Shown here in pieces: positions 45,687-56,668 of a DNA stretch of 64,000 nt. Numbering within the stretch: the first letter of the stretch is position 1; each line of letters begins with the position of its first letter. Position numbers and translations under genes: made by a program. The DNA lies in contig CANLLM010000003.1 in assembly GCA_947491825.1 (NCBI GenBank), positions 2,067 through 66,066 on the forward strand. The letters are read 5' to 3'. A model generated the notes under the pieces. The model searched no databases and was not told the DNA's origin. It was given only the letters and a program-made list of their open reading frames with translations. Source of the DNA: Bacteroidota bacterium. GTDB taxonomy: Bacteria; Bacteroidota; Bacteroidia; UKL13-3.

Positions 45687-46781
45687 ATGCTAGGTCACAT
45701 TTTTCATAAGTACACTCCTTCACCACAAGGCAGTAAATTTGACGAATTGCTAAAGTTGTTTTTACAATTGATGCAATACACAAATGGTGATGTTGCAGAA
45801 ACACTGGACTGGATGAATGAGTTGGATAAAAAGCATAAAATTACCGATAACTCATATGGCATGGGTAATTTTATTGAAGACCTAAAAAACAAAGGTTACA
45901 TTAAAGATGATCCACAGGACAGCATGACTGTACCTACATCTAAAACCAATCAAAGCATCAGAAAAAATGCATTAAACGAAATATTTGGCAAACTAAAAAA
46001 AACACCTAAAGGTAATCATCATTCAACTAAAAACGGATTGGGTGATGAAGCAACAGCCGATACTAGGAAATTTACTTTTGGTGATTTACCCGATCAAATT
46101 GATGTAACCACGAGTATCCAAAATGCACAAATTAATCATGGGATTGATTCGTTTCAACTTACTGAAAATGACTTAGAAGTAAGAGAAAAGGACCATAAAA
46201 GTCAGGCCAGCACAGTACTGATGATTGATATTAGCCACAGCATGATTTTGTATGGTGAGGACAGAATTACACCAGCTAAAAAAGTAGCCATGGCTTTGGC
46301 TGAATTAATTAAAACCCGTTATCCGAAAGATACCTTAGATATCATTGTTTTTGGGAATGATGCTTGGCCAATTGAAGTGAAAGACTTGCCTTATTTACAA
46401 GTAGGTCCTTATCATACCAATACATATGCCGGGCTTGAGTTAGCAATGGATTTATTACGGAGAAGAAAAAACCCAAACAAACAAATTTTTATGATTACTG
46501 ACGGTAAACCAACTTGTTTAAAAGAGGGTGCAGGATATTATAAAAACAGCTTCGGGTTAGACAGGAAAATCATCAACAAAACATTAAATCAAGCCGCGCA
46601 ATGTCGTAGGTTAGGTATAAGCATCACTACATTTATGATTGCTAGTGACCCATACCTACAACAATTTGTGCAAGAATTTACGCAAACCAATAATGGGAAG
46701 GCTTTTTACAGCAGCCTAAATGGTTTGGGCGATTTTGTTTTTGAAGATTATGAAAGAAACAGGCGAAAAAAAGTAAAATAG
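45687..46781 (+). CDS. von Willebrand factor A (vWA) domain protein, CoxE/MoxR-partner-like
   Basis: 364 aa. MIDAS motif VLMIDISHSM (DxSxS), then ...IFMITDGKPT. The N-terminal helical region is conserved in the vWA proteins usually paired with AAA ATPases. Confidence 0.85.
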   Translation: MLGHIFHKYTPSPQGSKFDELLKLFLQLMQYTNGDVAETLDWMNELDKKHKITDNSYGMGNFIEDLKNKGYIKDDPQDSMTVPTSKTNQSIRKNALNEIFGKLKKTPKGNHHSTKNGLGDEATADTRKFTFGDLPDQIDVTTSIQNAQINHGIDSFQLTENDLEVREKDHKSQASTVLMIDISHSMILYGEDRITPAKKVAMALAELIKTRYPKDTLDIIVFGNDAWPIEVKDLPYLQVGPYHTNTYAGLELAMDLLRRRKNPNKQIFMITDGKPTCLKEGAGYYKNSFGLDRKIINKTLNQAAQCRRLGISITTFMIASDPYLQQFVQEFTQTNNGKAFYSSLNGLGDFVFEDYERNRRKKVK

Positions 46782-46795
46782 ATAGTCATTAAATT

Positions 46796-47158
46796 ATGCC
46801 ATACATCAAACAAAAAAATCCATTTATAGTGCCAACTACTGATGGGAAATTAATTGAAGAACATTACGGATTAGCAAGTAGTGGTGAAACCAATTTCAGT
46901 ATTGCCCATATGATTGCTCCTGCTAATTGGAGTGAACCATATCAAACTCCCATGTTTGATGAAGTAACGATTGTAATAAAGGGTAAAAAACTGTTTGAAA
47001 TAGATGGTGATGAAGTAATACTTGAAGCCGGACAAACTATTTTAATACAAAAAGGTACACGCGTGCGCTATTCAAACCCATTCAATGAGCCTTGCGAGTA
47101 TTGGAGCTGCTGTGTTCCCGCATTTAGCATAAATACGGTGAACCGCGAAAATGAATAA
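46796..47158 (+). CDS. Small cupin-fold protein
   Basis: 120 aa. Beta-rich pattern FDEVTIVIKGKKLFEIDGDEVILEAGQTILIQKGTRVRYSN resembles a single cupin barrel. It starts 14 nt after the vWA gene. Confidence 0.55.
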   Translation: MPYIKQKNPFIVPTTDGKLIEEHYGLASSGETNFSIAHMIAPANWSEPYQTPMFDEVTIVIKGKKLFEIDGDEVILEAGQTILIQKGTRVRYSNPFNEPCEYWSCCVPAFSINTVNRENE

Positions 47159-47177
47159 TGGATTAAACAACTAACCA

Positions 47178-48155
47178 GTGATCAGAAAATCAATATTAGT
47201 TTTAGTGACATGCTGTGTGGTAATTCCTGTTTTTAGTTGGGGATTTTTCGCCCATAAAATGATTAATCGATTGGCAGTTTTTACATTACCAGAATCCTTA
47301 TTGTTATTTTATAAAACCAATATAGAATACATCACCGAGCATGCCGTAGATGCAGATATGCGCAGATACAGCGACCCAGAGGAAGCTTGTAGACATTATA
47401 TTGATTTAGACTATTACGAGGCAAACACCCCCATCGATACTGTACCTAGATTTTGGAAAGATGCAGTTGCCAAATACACCGAAGACACCTTAAAAGCATA
47501 CGGCATTGTGCCTTGGCATATTAGCTTGATGAAATATAAATTAACTGAGGCGTTTAAAGCCAAAGACGTTGATCGTATACTAAAAATATCGGCTGATATA
47601 GGTCATTATATTGGTGATGCGCACGTGCCTTTGCACTCAACAGAAAATTACAACGGCCAAAATACTAACCAATACGGCATACATGGATTTTGGGAAAGTC
47701 GCCTGCCTGAATTATTTAGTGATAAGTACGATTTTTTTGTAGGGCGTGCAAAATATATTGATAACGTGCAAATGGCTGCTTGGGCTGCAAGCGAAGGAAG
47801 TTATGCCGCAAAAGACAGTGTACTTGATTTTGAGAGAAAACTGAATAGTACTTTCGGCAGTGATAGAAAATACAGTAACGAGCAGCGTGGCCAAGCCATG
47901 ATAAAAGTTTATTCTAAAGAATACAGCGAAGCCTACCACAATATGCTAGATAACCAAGTAGAAAGAAGAATACGAGCATCGGTTATAACCGTTGGTAGCA
48001 TTTGGTATACCGCCTGGGTTGATGGTGGTCAGCCTGATTTAAATAACCCGCAACAAACCCCTAAAAAAATAACAGACGAAGAACGCAAGGCCTTAATTAC
48101 AGAACAACAAAAACTACTTGAAGAAAATAAGATGATTGGTAGGCCTGAGAATTAG
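47178..48155 (+). CDS. Zinc-dependent phospholipase C / S1-P1 nuclease-superfamily protein
   Basis: 325 aa with a GTG start. Signal peptide, then SWGFFAHKMINRLAV (mature N-terminal Trp/His zinc ligands), DADMRR, HYIDLD, HYIGDAHVPLH and HGFWES metal-ligand blocks. Confidence 0.6.
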   Translation: MIRKSILVLVTCCVVIPVFSWGFFAHKMINRLAVFTLPESLLLFYKTNIEYITEHAVDADMRRYSDPEEACRHYIDLDYYEANTPIDTVPRFWKDAVAKYTEDTLKAYGIVPWHISLMKYKLTEAFKAKDVDRILKISADIGHYIGDAHVPLHSTENYNGQNTNQYGIHGFWESRLPELFSDKYDFFVGRAKYIDNVQMAAWAASEGSYAAKDSVLDFERKLNSTFGSDRKYSNEQRGQAMIKVYSKEYSEAYHNMLDNQVERRIRASVITVGSIWYTAWVDGGQPDLNNPQQTPKKITDEERKALITEQQKLLEENKMIGRPEN

Positions 48156-48457
48156 AGGCCTTATTATTTAGCAATACTATTTTCTTTTATAAACCTACAC
48201 TGTGAATTCAATTATTAATTATTCCCTAATTGGTAAGAATGAAATTGGCGCATAGTCGAATAACAAGCTGAGATAAGCAGCATAAATTGTATTTATTATT
48301 ACGATAATCTCAGACTAAATAAGAGCCAATACCAAGATTTATGACCTAGCACCTAAAGTATAATTTTAAATTTTATCGTAAAACCTTTCCTGCAAAAAAT
48401 ATTACGGTATATAATAATACTTCATTAAATTTTGTATAGTAAATGATCATATTAAAC

Positions 48458-48491
48458 AAAAAAGTGGAATCCTTAATTGGATTCCACTTTT
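48458..48491. terminator. Bidirectional rho-independent terminator (serves gcvP on the minus strand)
   Basis: A6 - gtggaatcc [ttaatt] ggattccac - T4. Perfect 9-bp stem, 23 nt downstream of the gcvP stop. Confidence 0.75.
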
Positions 48492-48513
48492 ACATTTAAT
48501 CACTAAATTATTA

Positions 48514-51369
48514 TTATGCGTATGCCTCTGTAGGAATACAAGCACAAATTAAGTTTCTATCTCCGTGGGTGTTGTTTACACGCCCAACTGTTGGCCAAAA
48601 CTTAGCAGCTTTTACATATGGTAATGGATAAGCAGCGAGTTGACGGCTGTATTTATGATTCCATTCATCAGCAGTTACCACATGTGCCGTGTGTGGCGCA
48701 TTTTTTAACGGATTATCTGTCTTATCAGCTTCACCAGTAATAATTGCCTCTACTTCTTGCTTAATGGCAATCATCGCATCACAAAAACGATCTAACTCTG
48801 ATTTAGGCTCGCTTTCTGTTGGCTCAACCATAATTGTACCTGCAACAGGAAAACTCATGGTAGGTGCATGAAAACCATAATCAATTAAACGCTTTGCAAT
48901 GTCTTCTGCCTCTATACCACTTGCTCCTTTAAAAACACGTGTATCTAAAATCATTTCATGTGCACAACGGCCGTTACTACCTGTATATAAAATCTCATAG
49001 TGCTTCTCTAAACGTGCTTTAATGTAGTTAGCATTTAAAATAGCATATTTAGTTGCGTCTTCTAATCCTTGTGTACCCATTAAACGGATGTATGCATAAG
49101 AGATTAACAATATTGATGCACTACCCCATGGTGCAGCACTGACTGCTGTCATGGCGTGATCATCAACTTGCATATCAACTACAGCATGCCCTGGTAAAAA
49201 AGGAACCAAATGAGCTGCTACACCAATTGGGCCCATACCTGGACCTCCACCACCGTGAGGAATACAGAATGTTTTGTGTAAGTTTAAGTGGCAAACATCT
49301 GCACCTATATTTGCTGGACTTATCAGCCCAACTTGTGCATTCATGTTAGCACCATCCATGTAAACCTGTCCACCGTTTTGATGGATCAAGTCACAAATCT
49401 CAGTTATACGTTCTTCAAAAACACCATAAGTACTGGGATAAGTAACCATCAAACAAGCTAAATTATCTTTGTATAATTCTGCTTTTTCGCGCAAATCATC
49501 GATATCAACATAACCGTTCTCTAGTGTTTTGGTTACTACAACTTTCATTCCTGCCATAGTAGCACTGGCTGGATTGGTACCATGTGCCGATGAAGGAATT
49601 AATGCAATATTACGGTGCCCTTGACCAATTGATTTTAAGTACTCGCGTATCACCATTAAACCTGCATACTCGCCTGATGCACCTGAATTTGGTTGCAAAC
49701 TCATACCCACAAAACCCGTAACTTCTTTTAAGTATTCAGATAACTCGTTAAATATTTGGCTGTAACCAGTTGCTTGATTGCGGGGTACAAATGGATGCAT
49801 AGCCCCAAATCCGGGCATAGTAACTGGAATCATTTCGGCTGTAGCGTTAAGTTTCATGGTACATGATCCTAATGCAATCATACTATGGCAAAGCGACAAG
49901 TCTTTTGATTCTAAAAACTTAATGTAACGCAACATTTCATGCTCACTATGGTAAGAATTAAATACCTCATGCGTCATAAAATCGCTTACACGTATAAAGT
50001 TTGCAGGCGCATATAAACCAGTTGCATCATGTGCTATCAAGTTTGATTCTTTGCCTGTTAATGCAGATACCAATGCATTCACATCAGCTATTGTATGCGT
50101 TTCGTCTAATGATATACCAATGTGTTTATCATCTACTTTACGAATATTGATAGATTTAGTTTCGCAATCAGCAATCGCTTTATCTGCACTTGGCACTTCA
50201 ACCAACAAAGTATCAAAAAAGTGTTTGTTTTTTTGTTTGAAACCAACCTCGTTTAATACATTACCTAACTGTGCCGTTAAACCGTGTACTCTTGATGCAA
50301 TTCCTTTTAATCCTCTAGGGCCATGGTAAACACCATACATACTTGCCATAATTGAAAGTAATACTTGTGCAGTACAAATATTTGATGTTGCTTTTTCGCG
50401 TTTAATATGTTGCTCGCGCGTTTGCAAAGCCATACGTAAGGCCTTGTTACCATGAGCATCAATAGATACACCAATTAAACGACCTGGCATTTGACGCTTG
50501 TAGGCGTCTTTGGTAGCAAAGTAACCTGCGTGTGGTCCACCGTATCCCATTGGCACACCAAAACGTTGTGCAGAACCTAAAACCACATCAGCCCCCCATT
50601 CACCCGGAGGAGTTAACAAGGTTAAACTTAATAAATCAGCAGCAACAGCAACTTTTACGTCTGTAGCCATTGCTTTAGCCATAAATGCGCTATAATCAAA
50701 CACTTCACCATTTCCAGCTGGATATTGAATTAATGCACCAAAATAGGTTTCATCAAATGTGATGGTTTCATGATTACCAATTACCAACTCAACACCAATT
50801 GGTTCGGTGCGTGTTTTTAGCACATCAATGGTTTGCGGAAAACACAATTCAGAAACAAAAAATTTAGTCGCTTTATCACTTTTGCTTTCAGCGTGTAGCA
50901 TGTGCATTGCTTCGGCAGCCGCAGTTCCTTCATCCAACAAACTCGCGTTAGCGATTTCCATACCGGTTAAATCAACAATCATGGTTTGGTAATTTAACAA
51001 TGCCTCTAGACGACCTTGAGCAATTTCTGCTTGATAAGGCGTGTAAGCAGTATACCATCCAGGATTTTCGAATATATTGCGCAATACCACATTTGGTGTA
51101 TATGTACCATAGTAACCAGTACCAATAAAGTTTTTATTAATGATGTTCTTTTCTGAAATCCCTCTAAGCATGGCTAATAATTCCATTTCGCCCATTGCTT
51201 CCGGTAATTTCATTCGCTCTTTTAGGCGTATGTGCGATGGAATAGTTTCATCAATTAATTGATCGATACTTGCTACACCAATTGTTTTTAGCATGGCCTC
51301 AGTATCATTTTCCATCGGTGAGATGTGACGTTTAACAAATTCGTCACGATAGTTGCTTGAGATTTGCAT
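48514..51369 (-). CDS. gcvP: Glycine dehydrogenase (decarboxylating), glycine cleavage system P protein
   Basis: 951 aa single-chain P protein. Conserved blocks [18 protein letters not shown] and the PLP-lysine region [24 protein letters not shown]. Confidence 0.97.
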   Translation of the reverse strand: MQISSNYRDEFVKRHISPMENDTEAMLKTIGVASIDQLIDETIPSHIRLKERMKLPEAMGEMELLAMLRGISEKNIINKNFIGTGYYGTYTPNVVLRNIFENPGWYTAYTPYQAEIAQGRLEALLNYQTMIVDLTGMEIANASLLDEGTAAAEAMHMLHAESKSDKATKFFVSELCFPQTIDVLKTRTEPIGVELVIGNHETITFDETYFGALIQYPAGNGEVFDYSAFMAKAMATDVKVAVAADLLSLTLLTPPGEWGADVVLGSAQRFGVPMGYGGPHAGYFATKDAYKRQMPGRLIGVSIDAHGNKALRMALQTREQHIKREKATSNICTAQVLLSIMASMYGVYHGPRGLKGIASRVHGLTAQLGNVLNEVGFKQKNKHFFDTLLVEVPSADKAIADCETKSINIRKVDDKHIGISLDETHTIADVNALVSALTGKESNLIAHDATGLYAPANFIRVSDFMTHEVFNSYHSEHEMLRYIKFLESKDLSLCHSMIALGSCTMKLNATAEMIPVTMPGFGAMHPFVPRNQATGYSQIFNELSEYLKEVTGFVGMSLQPNSGASGEYAGLMVIREYLKSIGQGHRNIALIPSSAHGTNPASATMAGMKVVVTKTLENGYVDIDDLREKAELYKDNLACLMVTYPSTYGVFEERITEICDLIHQNGGQVYMDGANMNAQVGLISPANIGADVCHLNLHKTFCIPHGGGGPGMGPIGVAAHLVPFLPGHAVVDMQVDDHAMTAVSAAPWGSASILLISYAYIRLMGTQGLEDATKYAILNANYIKARLEKHYEILYTGSNGRCAHEMILDTRVFKGASGIEAEDIAKRLIDYGFHAPTMSFPVAGTIMVEPTESEPKSELDRFCDAMIAIKQEVEAIITGEADKTDNPLKNAPHTAHVVTADEWNHKYSRQLAAYPLPYVKAAKFWPTVGRVNNTHGDRNLICACIPTEAYA

Positions 51370-51583
51370 ATCAGGTTTTATTATTATTTTTCTTGAAAAG
51401 TTGGGCGAATTTAACCAATTTAAACACTATTCAAAGGATGATTTAAGTTTGCTTGACATTAAAAAAAAGCCAATAAACTATCAATCAAAACGTTAAAAAT
51501 AGCCTGCAAAATTTACCCATAAGCACTTGTTTAGCTATATACCAAATGAGTAACTTGCCTAAACTAACAAACACAAATCAATT

Positions 51584-51886
51584 ATGTTCGGAAAATTAGC
51601 AGAAGCTCAAAAAAAAGCAGAAGAAATGAAGCAGCGTTTGGCCGGTGTAACCGTTCAAGGCCAAGCAGCATCAGGCGATGTAACCATAACCATGGATGGC
51701 AATAAAAAAGTAAAAGACGTAACTATTGAAACGGCTTTAGTGTTGCCCGAACGCAAAGAAGAACTGCAAGATTATTTATCTATTGCCATTGAAGATGCAA
51801 TTAATAAAGCAGATATGGTTTCGGCAAATGAAATGAAAAATTTAATGGGTGGACTTCCCGGTTTAGGTAGTTTATTTGGCAAGTAG
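51584..51886 (+). CDS. ybaB: YbaB/EbfC-family nucleoid-associated protein
   Basis: 100 aa. MFGKLAEAQKKAEEMKQRL...VTITMDGNKKVKDVTIE...ELQDYLSIAIEDAINKA matches the family pattern. Confidence 0.85.
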   Translation: MFGKLAEAQKKAEEMKQRLAGVTVQGQAASGDVTITMDGNKKVKDVTIETALVLPERKEELQDYLSIAIEDAINKADMVSANEMKNLMGGLPGLGSLFGK

Positions 51887-51894
51887 CAGTAAAA

Positions 51895-53124
51895 CTAAAT
51901 CTTGACGTTACTCAGAATCAAATTTGTTGCACCGCGATGCGGAGCCATTACCTTACTGCTATTTTGTTTTACATCATGAAGTAAATTGGAATTGTTTATA
52001 AATGATAGCATTTTACTATCTAGATCTTCTTGAGATGAAATGTAAAACAATACCCCTGCCCCATGTAAAAGATTTACCTCAGGAAACTTGTCATGGTTAT
52101 TCGGGCCAATAAAAATAGGCATGCCAAAGGTGGCAGCCTCTAAAGTGTTATGTATGCCTTTTTTACCGAAACCACCGCCAACTATAGCCAAATCACCATA
52201 CTGATAAATGGATGCCAGTAAGCCAATGTTATCAATGATAAGAATTTGTTTATCGCACACCGAATTTTCATCAGCTAACGAATATCTTATGGATGATAAG
52301 TTTTTGAATATCCCCTCCACTTCACCTATCCGTTCATCCGAAATTTCGTGAGGTGCAATAATAATTTTTATATTTTTATTGTCTTCAAAAAATCGGGCTG
52401 CTAACTTTTCTTCATGCGCATAACTACTGCCCACAATCAATAAAGGTTGTTGCTGTTTAAATGCTTTTACAATTGGTAGCGACTTAGGATTTTGACATGT
52501 TTGGTAAACCCTGTCGTAACGGGTATCATTAGTCATTAGCACATTAGTAATGCCATTGCTTTGCAAAATATGGGTTGATGTATGGTCTTGCGTAAATATT
52601 AAATCAAAACTTTTTAAAGCATGCTTAAATTTTGCACCATACCACTTAAAATAAATTTGTGCTGGACGAAAAGTTGCTGATATTAAATACATTGGAATAC
52701 TTCGTTGTTTAATTACTTTAATATAATGTAGCCATATTTCGTACTTCACAAAAAACACCAAATCGGGGGTTATGGCATTTAATACAAAAGCTGCATTTTT
52801 AGGTGTATCGGCTGGTAAGTAAAATACAACATCGGCCAACTCATAATTTTTACGAATCTCATAACCCGATGGAGAAAAAAAACTAACCGCAATTTGTATG
52901 TTTTGTTGCGCTTTGAGTTTTTCAATTAAAGGCCTTGCTTGCTCAAACTCACCTAAGGAAGCGCAATGAAACCAGGCTAGTTTCTTAAATGGCTCGCGAT
53001 TAAAATCAGTAAGTTGCTTAAACGTATTTTTACGTCCAAGGTTTAGCAACTTTGCTTTTGTTTGAAACAAAGCGGCTGATTTAATGGCCAAGCCGTATAA
53101 CGCTATTGCTAAATCGTAAATCAT
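51895..53124 (-). CDS. waaA: 3-deoxy-D-manno-octulosonic acid (Kdo) transferase
   Basis: 409 aa. WFHCASLGEFEQARPLIEKLK and C-terminal GGGFGKKGIHNTLEAATFGMPIFIGPN blocks are typical of KdtA/WaaA. Confidence 0.9.
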   Translation of the reverse strand: MIYDLAIALYGLAIKSAALFQTKAKLLNLGRKNTFKQLTDFNREPFKKLAWFHCASLGEFEQARPLIEKLKAQQNIQIAVSFFSPSGYEIRKNYELADVVFYLPADTPKNAAFVLNAITPDLVFFVKYEIWLHYIKVIKQRSIPMYLISATFRPAQIYFKWYGAKFKHALKSFDLIFTQDHTSTHILQSNGITNVLMTNDTRYDRVYQTCQNPKSLPIVKAFKQQQPLLIVGSSYAHEEKLAARFFEDNKNIKIIIAPHEISDERIGEVEGIFKNLSSIRYSLADENSVCDKQILIIDNIGLLASIYQYGDLAIVGGGFGKKGIHNTLEAATFGMPIFIGPNNHDKFPEVNLLHGAGVLFYISSQEDLDSKMLSFINNSNLLHDVKQNSSKVMAPHRGATNLILSNVKI

Positions 53125-53888
53125 TACTCAAAAATAAACTCGTCACTACCCGCTTTTGTGCGCATGTATACAGGAATCATCCATGCAAAACGAACACCAT
53201 AATAAAAATCATTGTGCATTTTTAAATCGTATTGCATTTCGTCATAATTAAATTTGCGTCTGTTGTATGTATGAGCCTGCATCAACTCAGCCCCAAGATA
53301 AAAATTGGTATACTTATTTACACTGTGGTGCTGGTATCCAATAAACTGGCTCAAGGCCCAGCCACTGCTATACCTGTCGTATCCCGCTACCCTATCCTCA
53401 GTTAAGCTAGGTACATTATTTTGGGTGATATTGATATTGACTTTATGCATGACCAAACCACCGCCAAACATGATTTTTATTCCTGTATTTCTTTTTTTAC
53501 TACTTATTGGAATCAAATATCCAAGCTTACCCAACATACTAAATCCGCGCATACCCAAACTAACCAAAGCAGGAGTACCTGAATTGGTATTAATAGCACC
53601 AACACTGTTGGTTAAATTATTAAGCATGTTTGATGGTTTAAGGTTATTGCCAAAATGATAACCGCCCTCGGCACCAAATAACATATTATGTGTGTTTTTA
53701 AATAAAAAACCTGCACCCATAGAGTTAAACTTATTAAACCTACTCGCAAAATCGCCACCAGGGGTAATATGTGTATAGTGAAACTGAAAGTTGAATATTT
53801 TACTGCTTTTACCTACCCAAATTTTCTTTTGGGCATTGACATTGAAAATACCAATTATCATAAAAAAAGCCAAAAGGGAATTGCGCAT
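53124..53888 (-). CDS. Hypothetical outer-membrane beta-barrel protein
   Basis: 254 aa with signal peptide MRNSLLAFFMIIGIFNVNAQ. Gly/aromatic-rich alternating strands. Its stop overlaps the waaA start by 1 nt. Confidence 0.45.
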   Translation of the reverse strand: MRNSLLAFFMIIGIFNVNAQKKIWVGKSSKIFNFQFHYTHITPGGDFASRFNKFNSMGAGFLFKNTHNMLFGAEGGYHFGNNLKPSNMLNNLTNSVGAINTNSGTPALVSLGMRGFSMLGKLGYLIPISSKKRNTGIKIMFGGGLVMHKVNINITQNNVPSLTEDRVAGYDRYSSGWALSQFIGYQHHSVNKYTNFYLGAELMQAHTYNRRKFNYDEMQYDLKMHNDFYYGVRFAWMIPVYMRTKAGSDEFIFE

Positions 53889-53981
53889 GTTAAAATAAAT
53901 CTTGCTTCAAAAATAACAGAAATCTTTGTTTGCCTGCATCATTAATTATATTTGTTGCCTTAGCACATAAATGTATACAAC

Positions 53982-55133
53982 ATGAGACCCATACAAATGG
54001 TTGATTTACAGCAGCAACACCAAAAAATCCAACAACAATTGGATGAGGCAATTGCGCGTGTAATTCAATCAGCTAAATACATTAATGGGCCTGAGGTAGC
54101 AGAATTTAGCCATAACTTATCCCAATACCTGGATGTTTCCTATGTAATACCTTGTGCTAATGGAACAGATGCCCTTCAAATTGCCATGATGGCTTTAAAT
54201 TTAAAACCTAGAGACGAGGTAATATTGCCTGCATTTACATACGTTGCAACGGCCGAAGTAATAAAACTCTTAGGATTAACCCCTGTGTTGGTTGATGTAA
54301 ATAATGATGATTTTCTCATAGATGTTTCACAAATAGAAAAAGCCATAACCTCAAAAACGAAGGCCATAGTGCCTGTTCATTTGTTCGGCCAATGTGCAGA
54401 CATGGAGACAATAATGCAACTTGCCAAAAACCATAATTTATTTGTGATCGAGGATACAGCGCAGGCAATTGGAGCTAAATATACTTTTCAAAATGGCTTT
54501 GTTTTATATGCAGGTACCATTGGCGATATTGGTTGCACTTCCTTTTTCCCTTCAAAAAACTTAGGTTGTATGGGAGATGGTGGTGCGATGTTTACGCGTA
54601 ATGATCTACTTGAGAAACGCCTTAAAATGATCGCTAATCATGGACAAAGCATACAATACCATCACGATAACATAGGCGTTAACTCAAGATTAGACACCCT
54701 ACAAGCCGCCATACTTAATGTTAAACTTCAAACATTAACAGCTTGCGAAAATGCACGTAATAATGTGGCAAAAAAGTATGATGAAGCATTTGCCAATCAT
54801 CCAAATTTTGAAATACCAACTCGGGCAAAAAACTCAACCCATGTGTTTCATCAATACACCCTAAAATGTAAGGGTATCAACCGTGATGAATTGCGCGAAT
54901 ACCTAGCAGAAAAACAAATACCTTCGATGGTTTACTACCCTATTCCATTGCATGCGCAAAAAGCTTATCAATCTAAAAATTACCCTTTGGGCTCTTTACC
55001 CGTTACCGAAACCCTTTGCGGTAAGGTAATTTCGCTTCCAATGAGTCCTGAGGTAACATTCGACCAAATAGAATATATTATTGGTCACATCAACGAATTT
55101 TGTAAACAACAATCAACATCTAAATTAATATAA
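53982..55133 (+). CDS. DegT/DnrJ/EryC1/StrS-family sugar aminotransferase (second copy)
   Basis: 383 aa. GPEV..FE......[15 protein letters not shown] and PLP-lysine context [25 protein letters not shown] stop/start overlap with ugd. Confidence 0.9.
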   Translation: MRPIQMVDLQQQHQKIQQQLDEAIARVIQSAKYINGPEVAEFSHNLSQYLDVSYVIPCANGTDALQIAMMALNLKPRDEVILPAFTYVATAEVIKLLGLTPVLVDVNNDDFLIDVSQIEKAITSKTKAIVPVHLFGQCADMETIMQLAKNHNLFVIEDTAQAIGAKYTFQNGFVLYAGTIGDIGCTSFFPSKNLGCMGDGGAMFTRNDLLEKRLKMIANHGQSIQYHHDNIGVNSRLDTLQAAILNVKLQTLTACENARNNVAKKYDEAFANHPNFEIPTRAKNSTHVFHQYTLKCKGINRDELREYLAEKQIPSMVYYPIPLHAQKAYQSKNYPLGSLPVTETLCGKVISLPMSPEVTFDQIEYIIGHINEFCKQQSTSKLI

Positions 55134-56455
55134 TGAAAATAGTAGTTGTAGGAACAGGATATGTAGGCTTAGTAACCGGAACTTGTTTTGCCGAAGTGGG
55201 TATCAACGTAATTTGTGTTGATATAGACAAAAATAAAATTGAAAATTTAAAAAATGGAATTTTACCAATATATGAACCTGGCTTAGAAGAGTTAGTGTCG
55301 CGCAATACCGAAGCCGGAAGGTTACAATTTAGCACCAACCTCAGCGAAAGTATTAAAAATGCCGATGTGGCCTTCATTGCTGTTGGAACTCCTCCAGGTG
55401 AGGATGGAAGTGCCGATTTGAAATATGTATTAGGTGTTGCTAATGAAATTGGACAACACATGAACGAATATGGTGTTGTGGTTACCAAGAGTACTGTTCC
55501 TGTTGGCACATCGCACAAGGTAAGAGCAGAAATACAAGCAGCAATAGATAAACGTGGTGTTAACATGACGTTCGATGTAGCCAGTAACCCCGAATTTTTA
55601 AAAGAAGGTGCTGCTGTTGATGATTTCTTGAAACCAGATAGAATTGTGGTGGGTATAGAAAGTAAAAAGGCTGAAGACATTATGCGTAAGCTATATAAAC
55701 CGTTTTTACTAAACGGTCACCCCATCATTTTTATGGATATAGCCAGTGCCGAAATGACCAAGTATGCAGCCAATGCAATGCTGGCCACAAAAATTAGTTT
55801 TATGAATGATATTGCTAATTTGTGTGAGTTGGTTGGTGCTGATGTAAATTGGGTACGTAAAGGTATTGGCAGCGATCCGCGTATCGGAAATAAGTTTATT
55901 TACCCAGGTATTGGATATGGTGGTTCGTGCTTTCCTAAAGATGTAAAAGCGCTGGTGAAAACAGCAAAAGAGTACGGCCATGATTTACGCATTTTACAAG
56001 CGGTAGAAGATGTTAACGATGACCAAAAGTTGGTTTTATTTAATAAAATATCAAAACATTTTGGCGGACAGTTAAAGGGTAAAACATTTGCGCTTTGGGG
56101 CTTATCATTTAAACCTAAAACAGATGATATGCGTGAAGCTCCATCGTTAGTTGTTATCGAAAAATTATTAGCCGATGGGGCTATGGTAAATGCATACGAC
56201 CCCGTTGCTATGCATGAAGCACAAAAAACCTTGGGTGAAACCATCACCTATTGTAAAGACCCTTACGATACCTTAATTGATGCCGATGCATTACTAATCG
56301 CCACAGAATGGCCGGAGTTTCGCTCACCAAACTTTAATGTAATTGGTAAATTGCTTAAACAAAAAACCATTTTTGACGGACGTAACATCTATGAACAAGA
56401 TGAAATGAAAGAATTAGGTTTTGAATATTATTGCATAGGAATTAATAAGAAATAG
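55133..56455 (+). CDS. ugd: UDP-glucose 6-dehydrogenase
   Basis: 440 aa. [19 protein letters not shown] fold and catalytic Cys block [13 protein letters not shown]. Confidence 0.95.
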   Translation: MKIVVVGTGYVGLVTGTCFAEVGINVICVDIDKNKIENLKNGILPIYEPGLEELVSRNTEAGRLQFSTNLSESIKNADVAFIAVGTPPGEDGSADLKYVLGVANEIGQHMNEYGVVVTKSTVPVGTSHKVRAEIQAAIDKRGVNMTFDVASNPEFLKEGAAVDDFLKPDRIVVGIESKKAEDIMRKLYKPFLLNGHPIIFMDIASAEMTKYAANAMLATKISFMNDIANLCELVGADVNWVRKGIGSDPRIGNKFIYPGIGYGGSCFPKDVKALVKTAKEYGHDLRILQAVEDVNDDQKLVLFNKISKHFGGQLKGKTFALWGLSFKPKTDDMREAPSLVVIEKLLADGAMVNAYDPVAMHEAQKTLGETITYCKDPYDTLIDADALLIATEWPEFRSPNFNVIGKLLKQKTIFDGRNIYEQDEMKELGFEYYCIGINKK

Positions 56456-56496
56456 AAGTTGCCATCCTTACCTAAAGCTACGGATGACAGAAGAAG

Positions 56497-56668
56497 TTAG
56501 AAGTTGGAAAAAAATCACCAACCGAAATAAATCAAGCGTCCTCCTTCAAAGGAGGATAAGAGGTGGATGTTTGATGGAAGTTAGAGGTTGGATTTTAGAA
56601 GTTGGAAAAGAATCACCAACCGAAATAAATTAACCGTCCTCCTTCAAAGGAGGATAAGAGGTGGATGT
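56497..56668. repeat. Two 74-bp direct repeat copies (56497-56570 and 56595-56668; 3 mismatches; period 98 bp), each with an internal TCCTCC/GGAGGA hairpin
   Basis: Read directly. Both copies are ttagaagttggaaaaRaatcaccaaccgaaataaatYaaSCgtcctccttcaaaggaggataagaggtggatgt. Hairpin arms lie at 56539-56544/56551-56556 and 56637-56642/56649-56654. An extra gaagttagaRgttgga sub-motif occurs at 56493-56508 and 56578-56593. Confidence 0.9.

Noticed and set aside
48142-48170. AGGCCT...AGGCCT hairpin overlapping the stop codon of the PLC-like gene as a terminator
   Set aside because: The stem is 6 bp and followed by an interrupted T-stretch (ttattattt). It is weak, and the perfect bidirectional terminator at 48458-48491 is a better candidate for both convergent genes.
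48267-48312. Inverted repeat ctgagat ... atctcag in the 358-bp spacer before gcvP's terminator
   Set aside because: It has only a 7-bp stem with a ~32-nt AT-rich loop. This is easily expected by chance in AT-rich DNA, and there is no flanking T-run or promoter.
44280-48513. tRNA, tmRNA, SRP or RNase P RNA genes in the larger intergenic spacers (44280-44545, 48156-48513, also 38323-38578 and 39452-39890)
   Set aside because: I saw no T-loop GGTTCGAATCC-like box, tmRNA tag-reading frame, or SRP GGAA/AGCA domain-IV motif on either strand. This was only a by-eye scan, so a covariance-model search would be needed to be definitive.
51370-51583. Possible glycine riboswitch upstream of gcvP
   Set aside because: Reading the minus strand upstream of ATG 51369, I find none of the conserved glycine-aptamer elements (GGAGAG ... 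CACCG/ACCGAAGGGGCAA-like cores). The region is plain AT-rich divergent promoter DNA shared with ybaB.
55120-55680. 186-aa ORF (and 55709-55981, 55900-56247) antisense to ugd
   Set aside because: It lies entirely inside, and opposite to, a gene with unmistakable UDP-glucose dehydrogenase motifs. The product is low-complexity and Ser/Thr/Pro/Leu-rich with no recognisable domain. This is a typical shadow ORF of a conserved gene.
56484-56633. 49-codon ORF (MTEEVRSWKKITNRNKSSVLLQRRIRGGCLMEVRGWILEVGKESPTEIN) running through the tandem repeat
   Set aside because: The repeat period is 98 nt, not a multiple of 3. The two copies are therefore read in different frames and give unrelated peptides, which argues that the conserved unit is non-coding.
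56497-56668. CRISPR array
   Set aside because: There are only two repeat copies of 74 bp separated by 24 nt, and no cas genes. Repeat length and spacing do not fit CRISPR architecture.
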